A DNA stretch of 64,000 bases from Akkermansia sp. (GCA_045614705.1 JAZLDM010000017.1:5263-69262), one strand, 5' to 3'. Positions 10,201-19,453 are shown, counted from the stretch's first letter. Numbers and translations: made by a program. Notes: a model not told the origin generated them from the letters alone.

Positions 10201-10748
10201 AAAATATCCACCAGCTCCAGCAGCACCTCCTCGGCTTTCTCCGGTTGGTCCTGCAAAATCCATTCCTGCATGGGGCCGCCTACGCAACCGGTCAGGCAGA
10301 TGAGCCCCCGGCTGAACTCACGCAGGGTGGCCATATCTACGCGAGGCTTGTGGTAGAAGCCCTCCAAGTGCCCGCGCGAGACTATCTTAATAAGGTTTGC
10401 CCAACCGAGGTTGTTTTCGCACAGCAGTACCAAGTGGGTGTATTTCTTGCGACCGGGAATTTGTTTTTTGACATCCAGCGGAGTGGGCGACAGATAAATT
10501 TCGCAGCCGAGAATCGGTTTGAACACCGGCTTCTTTTCCTCCGGGTGTTCCTTATTCCAAGCTAAAATATCCTTGTTGTGTTTCTTCACATTCACCATGA
10601 ACTCAATGGCAGAGAATACGTTGCCGTGATCGGTGATGGCAACGGAGTTCATGCCCAGTTCGGCACAGCGCTTGATGAGATCCTTCGTGTGAATCATCCC
10701 ATCCAACAGTGAGTACTCAGTGTGAACGTGTAGGTGTGTGAATGCCAT
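7233..10748 (-). CDS. dnaE: DNA polymerase III alpha subunit
   Basis: Starts MAFTHLHVHTEYSLLDG (PHP domain), followed by the polymerase core, HhH and OB regions; 1171 aa from ATG 10748. The 81 codons upstream in the ORF track have no DnaE counterpart and contain the promoter. Confidence 0.96.
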   Translation of the reverse strand: MAFTHLHVHTEYSLLDGMIHTKDLIKRCAELGMNSVAITDHGNVFSAIEFMVNVKKHNKDILAWNKEHPEEKKPVFKPILGCEIYLSPTPLDVKKQIPGRKKYTHLVLLCENNLGWANLIKIVSRGHLEGFYHKPRVDMATLREFSRGLICLTGCVGGPMQEWILQDQPEKAEEVLLELVDIFGKNNVFVELQDHEIEEERRCTPELVRLARKHDVGLVVTNDAHFLNESDHDAHDILICVGTGNKRMDGKRMRYPRSVYFKSEAEMRELFPEYPDAYENTNIIAERCNTSIKLDSTSTERYPEFAPDDGSTREEYLRKICYKGLEERYGKERAENDKDLRERLDYELSIINMLRFPSYFLITADFINWAKDHDIPVGPGRGSAAGSLVAYCMKITNIDPYKFSLIFERFLNPERVSPPDIDIDFCQTRRPEVIDYVRHKYGERAVTHIITYGTMGAKSVIKDVARVLDLSYADSDRIAKQIESGPGVTLKKSYDANEDLRNLLQDPTYAEVWDYALKLEGTVRNVGMHAAGVVIGDRALDDYVALTRDDLSNPQGEVVAQCDMSAIYNAGLLKMDFLGLKTLTVMKDAERYVRWRVPNFCYDAVDIEDKETFALLNRGDTMGVFQLESGGMVDTCRRYGIDNIEDIIALLALYRPGAMQFMDDMIAVKKGLKQAEYEHPLLETVSGLTYGVMIYQEQVQAAAKLLAGYTLGGADLLRRAMGHKDMQEMADQRRRFVKGCWDVNQIDEKTANAIFDKIQKFAGYGFNKSHSACYGHISYWTAYLKAHYPVEFLCGLMSNESTNEKIGVFIQEATRLGIEVLGPCVNHSAVKFQPETMPNGHLAVRFGLASIKSMSSDTVEVIVKEREANGPYKSLEDFCYRIPPQNVRRNQLEVLVQCGAFDWMQVCRAQLFETIEQCLNGAAGVHKDRSVGQMALFAMEDTTSAAEEKVILQEWPKEKRLDDEKFLTGAYFTGNPLDSMRGIIDAPKYTRIGTLPDLTSDEIKGAHEMAGMLRSATIKVSKSGQKFAIIAVEDFTGCTEALLWGDSYNKAAAIEGLLQAGSFVKFRARISEDEKTGGKKVSANGLELLNANAPRRGKSKEPTHYEIVLNTARHTMADLQHIKGILLEHGGRTPVHIIFRNSLGNRAAIELGERYRVTPSPKLDEQLSLYS

Positions 10749-10760
10749 GGTACGGCGCTG

Positions 10761-10790
10761 AGTATAGCATAAAAGATAGGTGAAAGTAAA
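10761..10790 (-). promoter_or_regulatory. Sigma70-like promoter of dnaE (very short leader)
   Basis: On the minus strand: TTTACT (10790-10785), 18 nt, TATACT (10766-10761), then 12 nt to ATG 10748. Confidence 0.45.
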
Positions 10791-10886
10791 GCCCCAAAAG
10801 GCCGCCCCATGCCGAGGCTTTGAGCTTTTGGCCCGGTTTGTGATTTTCCGGTCGCGGAAATTATGCAGCAAAAAAGCGACCTTTTC

Positions 10887-10915
10887 TTGACCTTGCTCGA
10901 AAATACTGGTATAAG
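10887..10915 (+). promoter_or_regulatory. Sigma70-like promoter in leaderless geometry (chagasin-like gene)
   Basis: TTGACC (10887-10892), 17 nt, TATAAG (10910-10915), 6 nt, ATG 10922. Confidence 0.55.
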
Positions 10916-10921
10916 TGTAGC

Positions 10922-11290
10922 ATGAAGATGCGCAATATAGCAATAGCCTTGGGGGCGGCAGCGGCTTCTGTGGTCTGTGCTGCGGAGCCAACGGTCGAGA
11001 CCATGGAACTTGCAGTGGGGCAGAGCAAGACGATTACCCTGCCGGGCAATCCGACAACAGGTTTCGTGTGGAGCGTGGCCGAGTGTTCGGATGTGGTGAA
11101 AGTTGAGTTGGCTTTTGAAAGGAACACTCGCCCGAGTGACCCGCCTTTGTGTGGCAGACCGCAAGCTACTGTGATTACCCTGACCGGGGTGAAGGACGGG
11201 CAGGGGACAGTAAGGTTGATTTATGCTCGTCCGTGGGAGAAAGACACCGCGCCAGTCAGCACTCGTACATATACCGTAACTGTTAAATAA
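10922..11290 (+). CDS. Chagasin-family (I42) cysteine-peptidase inhibitor, secreted
   Basis: 122 aa. Signal peptide MKMRNIAIALGAAAASVVCAAEP. Contains the chagasin signatures GNPTTGFVW and YARPWE. Size is typical of the family. Confidence 0.8.
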   Translation: MKMRNIAIALGAAAASVVCAAEPTVETMELAVGQSKTITLPGNPTTGFVWSVAECSDVVKVELAFERNTRPSDPPLCGRPQATVITLTGVKDGQGTVRLIYARPWEKDTAPVSTRTYTVTVK

Positions 11291-11307
11291 AAGAGAAGAC
11301 ACAATAT

Positions 11308-11601
11308 ATGGGATTATTACAAAATCTGGCCGCTATGGCCATACGCAAGAAAGTAGTAGCAGCGCTGGAGGCTAATTGCCCGCCCTCGCTGAAGGAGCCC
11401 CTTGCCAGCTTGCTGGGTGACAAAGATGCCGTGTCCGCCATTCAGAACTATGTGATGGCCAACCTGAAGACTCCCGAGGCCATCACGCCTGATGCCCTGA
11501 AGAGTTTGGAACTTTCACCTGCTACGAAGGAGTTGTTCGAGTCTACCCCCAGATTGCTCATTTATCTTTCGAAGGTAGCTCGCGCCGGTGTGCCTAAATA
11601 A
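11308..11601 (+). CDS. Hypothetical protein (97 aa), co-oriented 17 nt after the chagasin-like gene
   Basis: Intact ORF followed by a strong terminator. No recognisable motif. Confidence 0.5.
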   Translation: MGLLQNLAAMAIRKKVVAALEANCPPSLKEPLASLLGDKDAVSAIQNYVMANLKTPEAITPDALKSLELSPATKELFESTPRLLIYLSKVARAGVPK

Positions 11602-11632
11602 AATCGGCGTATTTTAGTTTCTTTTTCATTGG

Positions 11633-11672
11633 GGCGCATCGGCTGTGGCTGCCGATGCGCCTCGATTTATTT
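11633..11672 (+). terminator. Rho-independent terminator
   Basis: 11-bp stem GGCGCATCGGC (11633-11643) / GCCGATGCGCC (11651-11661), followed by the T-rich TCGATTTATTT. Confidence 0.7.
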
Positions 11673-11756
11673 AACCTTGCCTGATAATCATAAAAATCAA
11701 TCAATAAAGGGTCGATAAGGAAAGCGAGATTTGGCCTGCGGCTGTATGTTTTTTGC

Positions 11757-11784
11757 TTGACGCGACGTGTTTGTGGTGTATAGT
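11757..11784 (+). promoter_or_regulatory. Sigma70-like promoter of the giant pseudopilin-like gene
   Basis: TTGACG (11757-11762), 16 nt, TATAGT (11779-11784). The first downstream in-frame ATG is 11809. Confidence 0.45.
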
Positions 11785-11808
11785 AGAAAAGTACTTGCAT
11801 ATAGTGTT

Positions 11809-14800
11809 ATGAAGCTCAAACACAAGACTCCTTTACCTAAGAGATTGATAAAGCGGAAGAAACATGGTTTCGCGCTTATCGCGTCTCTTACATTGATGAT
11901 GTTGCTTACCCTGTTGGCTGTGGGTATATTGGCCATGGCATCATCGCAAAATCGAATAGCCTTGCAAACTGCGCTGCAATCCGAGGCTCGTCAGCAGGCC
12001 TTGGTGGGGCTTGATGCCGCCATTGGTGAATTGCAGATGGCGCTTGGTCCCGACCGCCGAGTGACTGCCAGTTCTGCTATAGTGGCAGAAGAAGAGGGCA
12101 GTGTGGCTCAGCATATTTTGGGTGTTTGGGATAGCTGGTCCGGCCCGATTTACGGCAAACCCATATCGGGCAAGGGAGGGGATATTCGCTCTACTTACGA
12201 CAAGGGGCGTTCATCCATGTTCCGCCGCTGGCTCATATCTTCACGCCGTCCGCAAGAGTTGCGCCAGCTTCAGGCCGCGCAGTCCTTGGGTAGCCGTGAC
12301 CCGGGTAACCGCATTTGCTTGGTGGGCGAAGGTACTCTCGGCAAGCGCCTGAGCGGTCGCCACTTGGTATATGCCGACCTTATTTCCATGCCCTCCACCG
12401 GCAAAAATAGCGGTTGTTTCGCTTGGTGGGTAGGCGGTGAGAACCAGAAGAGCAAAATCACCGTCAAAGACCCCGAGAGCACCAGTGTTCCCTTGGAGGT
12501 GCTGCGCCGTACATGGAATACGCCGTCTCCCCTGTTTGTGGACAGCGAGTATCTCTCATTCCTGCCGCAGGAGGGAATTCAGGCTCCGGACAAGCTGCTC
12601 ACCATGGCCAGCATTCCGCTGACTTCCACTTCATCTCAGGAGGCCGGTATGCCCTATTTCTTCGATGTGACCACCACATCGTATTCACTGCCCATCAACG
12701 TACGAACCGGCGGGTTTAAGCAAGACCTTTGCTTGCTGCTCAACAAGAAGACCCTGAAAGGAACAGACTTCGCCGCACGTTCTTCGCAGGATTGCCCCTT
12801 GGTGGAAGGAAATGATGTTCCGCGCGGTACGGAGGAGAATATGCCCATTGGCTCCTGGCAGAACCTGTATGCCTACTATAACTGCTGGCCGGATGGTTCG
12901 GCGAAGGATTCCTCCAACTTTACGGCTCGTTTGTTGGGCAATGTGGACAACTGCTACACCCGAATGAGCGGTGTGGGCTATCCGCACGGTAATCCCGAGG
13001 CTGCGACTTCGAATCTCGATGAACTTACACCCACCGGCGAAGGTACGATATATGACTCCCGTTCGCTCATGGATCAGGGCAGTGAGTTCTCCGGTTATGC
13101 TCGTACGCCGGTTATGCTGGCCTTCATGAACACCTTCGGTCTGGTGACTGACCAAGTAGAAGGCTCGGAGGGTGACCAAGCCAAGTACAATCTGCGCCTC
13201 TGCTTTGCTCCCATGTTCCTGTGGTGGAACCCCTACAACGTGCCTATGAAGATTCGTGGTCAGCAGCTTTGGTCTCAATCTGCCCCTTATAAGGCTACAT
13301 GGTTGCAAGGGTGGTCCAACAGCGGTGGAAATTATTTGTGGCAGAACTACGGTTTCAGGCAGGAGTCCAGTGATAAGGGCTTCGGTCTGGACTATGGTGA
13401 CTATTTCCAGGCAACACTTAACGACCAGACCGGTGATATCGAATTCAAACCCGGTGAGATTCTCTTCTTCTCGCCCGGTCAGGCTCGTGCAACGGATAGC
13501 TATACCAAGCCCTATTCCAACCCGTGGACTCTGGGGTACAATGCCAGTGCCGTGTCCGGTTACAAGGCTCACTTCTATGCCAATAAGCCCCAGTCTGAAT
13601 TGGACAACGGCAATTGGTATATACGAATTCGTCTTGGTTTGAGCCACGAAGGTGGCCAGCACCAGACCGACGGTCAGTGGTTTGCACCTCGCAATAAGGA
13701 GGCTATTACCCTGTTCAATGGCTACAACGGTATGGCCGAGTCCAGTGGCGCCAGTGGCGGTGTCGGCAAACGTGGTCAGAGCCCGCACCGTGGTCTGTTG
13801 GGCTGGTATAACCCCGCTGACCCTGCACAGAATACCGTATTCTGCGATGAAAATCGCAATGATGCTCGCTGGAGTGCGGACGGTTCACAGAGCGATAGCG
13901 CTGTGCCGTACTTCGTGGCCGCCCTCGGTATTGTGCCCAAGTCTGCCAACCGCAACCTCGATGCGCGCCTTTTTGAAGGTAAGGATTACCGCACAAAGTC
14001 GTGGCAGCACTCGAGCCCTGCATTCTGGGGTAGCATGATTATCAATCCCGATGATCAGCAGCGCCAGTACCACCCCTACCAGCTTGCTGCACTCGATGTG
14101 GGTGCCGGTATGAATGCTTGCCCCATGGACAACATTGGCAACAATGGTATGCTGGGTATTACCAGCGATGGTGAGCAAGTATCATTCGTATCCGTGCTCG
14201 AATTGCCGGTGCACCCTCCGTTCTCTCTGGCCGGTTTCGCCGGTATGCGTCTGCAGCCCGGTTGGTACAGTGCCGGCGGAAGCTCCGACTACAAGACACA
14301 GGCAGCCCTGCGCCGTATGCAGTACCAGGCCGGTGTACCCGGTGTAGGTATCGGTAACTCGTTTGCTGACCCCTGTTTGCCGGCAACGGATGTGTACGCA
14401 TTCCACGAGAGCAAGATTAACGCCGAGCTTGGTGGCAACGATAAGGTATTCGGTGATTTCTATGACCATGCCTTGCTGATTAACGATGCTATGTGGGATC
14501 GCTGGTTCTGCTCCTCTGTCTCCGATATGCCCAACACCAGGGGCAAGATTGAAGCCAAGGAGGTGCTTTCTCGATTCCTGAGCGGTGAGGAGCCTCTGCC
14601 CGTAGCACGCTATGTGAAATCGAATACCCCGTACAAGGATTCCGATGTCGTGAAGCGACTCATGAATGACGACGGCTGGAAGTACATTGCCCAATATCTC
14701 ATGATTGACGGTGGTTTCAACGTGAACTCCACCTCGGTGGAGGCATGGACATCCGTACTGCAAGGCTTGGCCAAGCGAAAGCTGGTGACCAATGCCGGCG

Positions 14801-15543
14801 GTAAGCTCGCGCTGGTGGAACCCGGCAAGACTGACAGCCAAGTGCTCTTCTCTCGCTTTATGGTATCCACAGCCGATAAGAGCATTGACTCCCTGGGTGG
14901 TTATAGCATGATGCAGGGGTCGTCGGCTCTGCGTGGCAGCAGCGGCATGCTGGCTGCATGGGGTGAGGTGCGCTCGCTCGAGGCAGACAAGATTCGCGAA
15001 CTTGCTACCGAGATTGTGAAGCAGGTGAAGAAGCGTGGCCCCTTCCTCAACATGTCCGACTTCATTAATCGCCGCCTCGATACTAATAAGGAGAATGCCT
15101 TGAAGGGGGCACTGCAGGCTGCGATAGATGCAACCGACATCAACAGCATGTTCATGGATGAAATGACAAATCCCGTTGCCGGTGGTGAGCTCTACCAGTT
15201 CAAAGAAGCAGAGGAGGGCTCTATTTACACCGCAGCTCCGGGGTACCTCATTCAGAGTGATGTGCTGGCTTCTCTCGGTAACATTCTCACCGTGCGAGAC
15301 GATACCTTCACAGTGCGCGCATACGGCTGTGTACGCAATGCCCGCAAGGCAATTCTTGCCCAAGCATGGTGCGAAGCAGTTGTACAGCGCACCATGGACT
15401 ATGTGGACCCGACCAACGAGCCCTCCGCGGTTGAGTTCGACCCCGATGGTCGCAAGGCTAAGGGGCTGAGCTCCGCCAACAAGGTGTTCGGCCGCCGATT
15501 CCGAGTGGTGTCATTCAAATGGCTCGACGCTTGGGATATTTAA
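11809..15543 (+). CDS. Giant (1244 aa) GspK/PilX-like pseudopilin; possible Verru_Chthon cassette protein A-type
   Basis: N-terminus KRKKHG/FALIASLTLMMLLTLLAVGILAMA resembles a prepilin leader plus hydrophobic helix lacking Glu+5, as in GspK-type minor pseudopilins. C-terminus (GPFLNMSDFINRRL..., TVRDDTFTVRAYG...AWCEAVVQR) resembles GspK/PilX C-termini. The Verru_Chthon A family assignment is from memory, not a search. Confidence 0.6.
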   Translation: MKLKHKTPLPKRLIKRKKHGFALIASLTLMMLLTLLAVGILAMASSQNRIALQTALQSEARQQALVGLDAAIGELQMALGPDRRVTASSAIVAEEEGSVAQHILGVWDSWSGPIYGKPISGKGGDIRSTYDKGRSSMFRRWLISSRRPQELRQLQAAQSLGSRDPGNRICLVGEGTLGKRLSGRHLVYADLISMPSTGKNSGCFAWWVGGENQKSKITVKDPESTSVPLEVLRRTWNTPSPLFVDSEYLSFLPQEGIQAPDKLLTMASIPLTSTSSQEAGMPYFFDVTTTSYSLPINVRTGGFKQDLCLLLNKKTLKGTDFAARSSQDCPLVEGNDVPRGTEENMPIGSWQNLYAYYNCWPDGSAKDSSNFTARLLGNVDNCYTRMSGVGYPHGNPEAATSNLDELTPTGEGTIYDSRSLMDQGSEFSGYARTPVMLAFMNTFGLVTDQVEGSEGDQAKYNLRLCFAPMFLWWNPYNVPMKIRGQQLWSQSAPYKATWLQGWSNSGGNYLWQNYGFRQESSDKGFGLDYGDYFQATLNDQTGDIEFKPGEILFFSPGQARATDSYTKPYSNPWTLGYNASAVSGYKAHFYANKPQSELDNGNWYIRIRLGLSHEGGQHQTDGQWFAPRNKEAITLFNGYNGMAESSGASGGVGKRGQSPHRGLLGWYNPADPAQNTVFCDENRNDARWSADGSQSDSAVPYFVAALGIVPKSANRNLDARLFEGKDYRTKSWQHSSPAFWGSMIINPDDQQRQYHPYQLAALDVGAGMNACPMDNIGNNGMLGITSDGEQVSFVSVLELPVHPPFSLAGFAGMRLQPGWYSAGGSSDYKTQAALRRMQYQAGVPGVGIGNSFADPCLPATDVYAFHESKINAELGGNDKVFGDFYDHALLINDAMWDRWFCSSVSDMPNTRGKIEAKEVLSRFLSGEEPLPVARYVKSNTPYKDSDVVKRLMNDDGWKYIAQYLMIDGGFNVNSTSVEAWTSVLQGLAKRKLVTNAGGKLALVEPGKTDSQVLFSRFMVSTADKSIDSLGGYSMMQGSSALRGSSGMLAAWGEVRSLEADKIRELATEIVKQVKKRGPFLNMSDFINRRLDTNKENALKGALQAAIDATDINSMFMDEMTNPVAGGELYQFKEAEEGSIYTAAPGYLIQSDVLASLGNILTVRDDTFTVRAYGCVRNARKAILAQAWCEAVVQRTMDYVDPTNEPSAVEFDPDGRKAKGLSSANKVFGRRFRVVSFKWLDAWDI

Positions 15544-15557
15544 AATATCAACTTTTA

Positions 15558-15591
15558 CCCCCGCCGAGGTACGTCCTTGGCGGGGGTTTTT
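15558..15591 (+). terminator. Rho-independent terminator after the giant pseudopilin gene
   Basis: Stem CCCCCGCCGAGG / CCTTGGCGGGGG (one G-U pair), followed by TTTTT (15587-15591). Confidence 0.8.
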
Positions 15592-15731
15592 AGTTATAGA
15601 AACACCGGTGAAGGTGCTGCCATTAACATATAAATATACGCGTGAACGCGCGCTCGCGCGCGCGAAAGAGCAAAAAATTTACGGCATCATATCAAAAAAT
15701 GCAAAAAAATTGATTTTTCAAAAGAAAAGTC

Positions 15732-15759
15732 TTGCCAAATCGGCAAAATAAGGTACAAT
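15732..15759 (+). promoter_or_regulatory. Putative str-operon promoter with an A-rich upstream tract and a ~140-nt leader
   Basis: TTGCCA (15732-15737), 16 nt, TACAAT (15754-15759). Preceded by A/T-rich UP-like sequence at 15671-15730. Confidence 0.45.
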
Positions 15760-15902
15760 GCTGCACCGCCTATGCGCAGGAATGCGCAGGGTTACAAGTA
15801 TTTATCGGGCTTGTAGAAGGTGCTGAAATACAGTTCCCGCGAGGTAATGAGGGATGTGTGAAGCGCTCTAAGCCCCTGAATAACAATAAACTAATAGGAA
15901 AC

Positions 15903-16307
15903 ATGCCGACCATTAATCAGCTCGTCCGAAAAGGGCGAATCGTACCGGAAGAGAAGTCGAAGTCTCGCGCTCTTCATAGCTGTCCGCAGCGTCGTGGCGT
16001 CTGCCTTCAGGTGATGACTCGTACGCCGAAGAAACCGAACTCCGCTCTTCGTAAAGTTGCTAAAGTGCGCCTTACCAATGGCGAAGAAGTGATTGCCTAC
16101 ATTGGTGGTGAGGGTCACAACCTTCAGGAACACTCCATCGTGCTTGTGCGCGGCGGTCGTGTGAAGGACCTTCCCGGTGTTCGTTATCACATTGTTCGTG
16201 GTGCTCTGGACTGCCTTGGCGTTGACAAGCGCCGCCGTGGCCGCTCTAAGTACGGTGCTAAGCGCCCGAAGGCCGGTGCAGCCGCCGCTCCCGCTAAGAA
16301 GAAGTAA
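15903..16307 (+). CDS. rpsL: 30S ribosomal protein S12
   Basis: [12 protein letters not shown]...[19 protein letters not shown]. The 57 upstream codons in the ORF track are non-homologous. C-terminal extension [10 protein letters not shown]. Confidence 0.97.
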   Translation: MPTINQLVRKGRIVPEEKSKSRALHSCPQRRGVCLQVMTRTPKKPNSALRKVAKVRLTNGEEVIAYIGGEGHNLQEHSIVLVRGGRVKDLPGVRYHIVRGALDCLGVDKRRRGRSKYGAKRPKAGAAAAPAKKK

Positions 16308-16334
16308 ACCTAGAATATTTAAAGATAAACTATT

Positions 16335-16808
16335 ATGGCTCGTCGCAAACGCGTCTATAAGAAAATTGAACGTCGTGACTCCCGTTACGATTCCGTGCTC
16401 GTTGGCCGCCTGATTGGTAAGGTGATGCTTGACGGCAAGCGCTCCCTGGCTGAGCGTATCGTTTACAAGGCTATCGACCTTGCAAACGAAGGTACTGACA
16501 CTGTAAGTCCTCTCGAGGTGCTGACTCGCGCCATTGAGAATGCTAAGCCCCGTGTGGAGGTCAAGAGCCGCCGCGTGGGTGGTGCTACTTACCAGGTGCC
16601 GCTTGAGGTTGCCCCCGATCGTTCCGAAGCTCTCGCTATGCGCTGGATTATCAACTACGCTCGCAATCGTAAGGGTATCCCCATGGCTAAGGCTCTCGCT
16701 AACGAGATTAAGGAAGCCGCTGCCAATCAGGGTGCTGCCGTGCGCAAGCGCGATGACGTGCACAAGATGGCTCAGGCCAACCGTGCCTTTGCTCACTTCC
16801 GCTGGTAA
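16335..16808 (+). CDS. rpsG: 30S ribosomal protein S7
   Basis: MARRKRVYKKIERRDSRYDS...; conserved position after rpsL. Confidence 0.97.
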   Translation: MARRKRVYKKIERRDSRYDSVLVGRLIGKVMLDGKRSLAERIVYKAIDLANEGTDTVSPLEVLTRAIENAKPRVEVKSRRVGGATYQVPLEVAPDRSEALAMRWIINYARNRKGIPMAKALANEIKEAAANQGAAVRKRDDVHKMAQANRAFAHFRW

Positions 16809-16872
16809 TTAACCGCGTGAAGTTTTCTCGTAATCTCTGAAAACTGAAACATTCATATTACTTTACTAATTT

Positions 16873-19053
16873 ATGGCTAGTTATAGCAGCCCTGATCGCA
16901 AGGCCCCGCTCGAGCGCTACCGTAACTTCGGTATCGCTGCTCACATCGACGGCGGCAAAACCACGCTTTCCGAGCGCATCCTTTTCTACACCGGCATGAT
17001 CCACAAGATCGGCGAGACCCACGAGGGTTCTGCGACGACCGACTGGATGGAACAGGAGCAGGAACGCGGTATTACCATTACCTCCGCCGCCGTTACTACT
17101 AACTGGAAACAGTTGCCTGCCGAGGGCTGCTGCAAGCTTTTCGAGAACGAGAACTTCCAGCTCAACGTTATTGATACCCCCGGCCACGTGGACTTCACCG
17201 CTGAGGTGGAGCGCTCCCTGCGTGTGCTCGACGGCGCCATCGTTGTGTTCTGCGGTGTGGCAGGCGTGCAGCCCCAGACCCAGACCGTGTGGCGTCAGGC
17301 CAACAAGTATGAAGTGCCCCGTATCTGCTTCGTCAACAAGATGGACCGTACCGGTGCATACTTCAACAACGTTCTTAGCGACATCAAGACCAAGCTCGGC
17401 GCCAACGCCGCTGCCGTTCTCATCCCCATCGGTTCCGAGGACCAGCTCTGCGGTCAGATTGACGTGGTGAACCAGAAGGCTATCTACTACAGCGACTCCG
17501 ACCGCATGGGTTCCACCTACGAGATTAAAGACCTCGAGGGTGAGCTTAAGGAAATCGGTGAGGCTGCTCTCGATGAGCTGAAGGGTGCCGTGGCTGACGT
17601 GGACGATGAGCTCGCCGAACTCTTCCTCATGGAGGAGCCCATCGATGCTCCCACTCTGAAGGCCGCCATTCGTCGCGCCTGTATCGCCAACAAGTTCATC
17701 CCTGTAACCGGCGGTTCCGCCTTCAAGAACAAGGGTGTGCAGGGTCTGCTCGACGCTGTGGTTGACTACCTTCCCTCCCCGCTTGAGGCCAAGCTCGCCA
17801 CCGTTACTGGCACTGTTCCCACCGGTCTTGACGAGAACGGTTACGAGACCTTCGAGACTAAGGACATCATCCCCTCCGACAACGACAAGCCCGTTGCCCT
17901 CGCATTCAAACTGTGGGCCGACAAGTTCGTGGGTTCTCTGGTGTTCATCCGCGTGTACACCGGCGTTATCCGCAAGGGCGACACCGTTTACAACCCTCGT
18001 ACCCGCAAGCGTGAGCGCGTAGGCCGTCTGCTCCAGATTCAGGCTAACGTTCACACCGACGTAAGCGAGGTATACTCCGGCGATATCGCCGCTATCGTGG
18101 GTCTGAAGAATGCCACCACCGGTGATACCCTCGCCTCTGATGACTTCGACTACACCCTCGAGCCCCCCACCTTCCCGGACACCGTTATCTCCATGGCTGT
18201 GGAGCCTCTTACCAAGGCCGACCAGGAGAAGATGTCCAACGCTCTCCAGCGCCTCTCTGCTGAAGACCCCACCTTCCGCGTGAAGACTGACGAAGAAACC
18301 GGTCAGACCATCATCGCAGGCATGGGTGAGCTTCACCTCGACATTATCGTTGACCGCCTTAAGCGCGAGTTCAAGGTAGAGGCCAACACCGGTAAGCCCC
18401 AGATTGCCTACCGTGAAACCATCACCAAGTCCGTTGACCGCGTTCAGGGCAAGCTCGTGAAGCAGTCCGGTGGTCGTGGTCAGTACGGTGACGTGGTAAT
18501 CGCCATGCGCCCCGGTGAGCGTGGTACCGGCCTGAAGATTGCCAACAAGATTGTTGGTGGTGCCATTCCCAAGGAGTACATGAACGCCGTGTACGCCGGT
18601 CTGAATGAGGCCATGAACTCCGGCACAGTTGCCGGTTATCCCGTAGAGGACGTGGAGGTAGACGTGATTGACGGCTCCTACCACGAAGTGGACTCCAACG
18701 AAAACGCCTTCAAGATGGCTGCTATCTTCGCTATGAAGAACGCCTTTGTCAAGTGCGCCCCCGTGCTGCTTGAGCCCATCATGGCTGTTGAAGTTGTGAC
18801 CCCCGCTGAGAACCAGGGCGATATCATGGGCGACCTTAACCGCCGCCGCGCCATGGTTAAGAACATGGAGCACAAGGGCTCCGAGTGTGTTCTTACCGCC
18901 GATGTCCCCTTGGCTGAAATGTTCGGTTACTCCACCGACATCCGTACCCTTTCCAAGGGTCTTGCCTCTTACTCTATGGAGCCCTCCCACTTCGAACAAG
19001 TACCCCAGAACCTTGTCACAGAAATCGTCAAGGCTCGCGGTGGTAATAAATAA
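16873..19053 (+). CDS. fusA: Elongation factor G
   Basis: [38 protein letters not shown] and EF-G domains III-V; 726 aa. Confidence 0.97.
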   Translation: MASYSSPDRKAPLERYRNFGIAAHIDGGKTTLSERILFYTGMIHKIGETHEGSATTDWMEQEQERGITITSAAVTTNWKQLPAEGCCKLFENENFQLNVIDTPGHVDFTAEVERSLRVLDGAIVVFCGVAGVQPQTQTVWRQANKYEVPRICFVNKMDRTGAYFNNVLSDIKTKLGANAAAVLIPIGSEDQLCGQIDVVNQKAIYYSDSDRMGSTYEIKDLEGELKEIGEAALDELKGAVADVDDELAELFLMEEPIDAPTLKAAIRRACIANKFIPVTGGSAFKNKGVQGLLDAVVDYLPSPLEAKLATVTGTVPTGLDENGYETFETKDIIPSDNDKPVALAFKLWADKFVGSLVFIRVYTGVIRKGDTVYNPRTRKRERVGRLLQIQANVHTDVSEVYSGDIAAIVGLKNATTGDTLASDDFDYTLEPPTFPDTVISMAVEPLTKADQEKMSNALQRLSAEDPTFRVKTDEETGQTIIAGMGELHLDIIVDRLKREFKVEANTGKPQIAYRETITKSVDRVQGKLVKQSGGRGQYGDVVIAMRPGERGTGLKIANKIVGGAIPKEYMNAVYAGLNEAMNSGTVAGYPVEDVEVDVIDGSYHEVDSNENAFKMAAIFAMKNAFVKCAPVLLEPIMAVEVVTPAENQGDIMGDLNRRRAMVKNMEHKGSECVLTADVPLAEMFGYSTDIRTLSKGLASYSMEPSHFEQVPQNLVTEIVKARGGNK

Positions 19054-19091
19054 ACCAACTAAATTACTAACCTAAACATAACCGCACGTTC

Positions 19092-19400
19092 ATGCAAAGT
19101 CCCAAAATCCGCATTCGTCTCCGTGCTTTTGATAGCCGCGCTATCGACCGCTCCGCATCTGAGATCGTCGAGACCGCCAAGCGCACGGGCGCCAAAGTCG
19201 CCGGACCGATTCCTTTGCCGACTCGTATCGAGAAGTTCTCTGTGAACCGCTCGGTCCATGTTAACAAGAAATCTGCCGACCAGTTCGAAATCCGCACCCA
19301 CAAGCGTCTTCTTGACATTGTGGAGCCTACCTCCCGCACGGTTGAGGAGCTCAAGAAGCTCAACCTGCCCGCAGGCGTGGACATCACCATCAAGATCTAA
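19092..19400 (+). CDS. rpsJ: 30S ribosomal protein S10
   Basis: [30 protein letters not shown]...; follows fusA after 38 nt with no tuf gene between. Confidence 0.97.
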   Translation: MQSPKIRIRLRAFDSRAIDRSASEIVETAKRTGAKVAGPIPLPTRIEKFSVNRSVHVNKKSADQFEIRTHKRLLDIVEPTSRTVEELKKLNLPAGVDITIKI

Positions 19401-19453
19401 TCCCCGATTCAGATCCTCATTATTACGAACCTTAACACAGATTTCATATTAAC

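Noticed and set aside
10749-10991. N-terminal extensions offered by the ORF track for dnaE, and likewise rpsL (15732-15902), tig (32816-32923), sulfatase (32736-32807), fabH (40324-40404), OMP (40537-40686), gcvT (54914-54967), gcvP (56478-56561) and Sel1-A (59505-59633)
   Set aside because: The extensions have no homology to the family N-termini, often begin at GTG/TTG, and in most cases contain the promoter hexamers. Internal ATGs give canonical N-termini or signal peptides.
10694-11302. 202-aa minus-strand ORF spanning the dnaE start, the divergent promoters and the chagasin gene
   Set aside because: It overlaps two well-supported genes and their promoters and has no motifs. The + strand product has chagasin signatures.
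16858-18999. 713-aa ORF antisense to fusA
   Set aside because: Gly/Val/His/Leu-rich low-complexity translation typical of shadow ORFs in GC-rich DNA. The + strand encodes an unmistakable EF-G.
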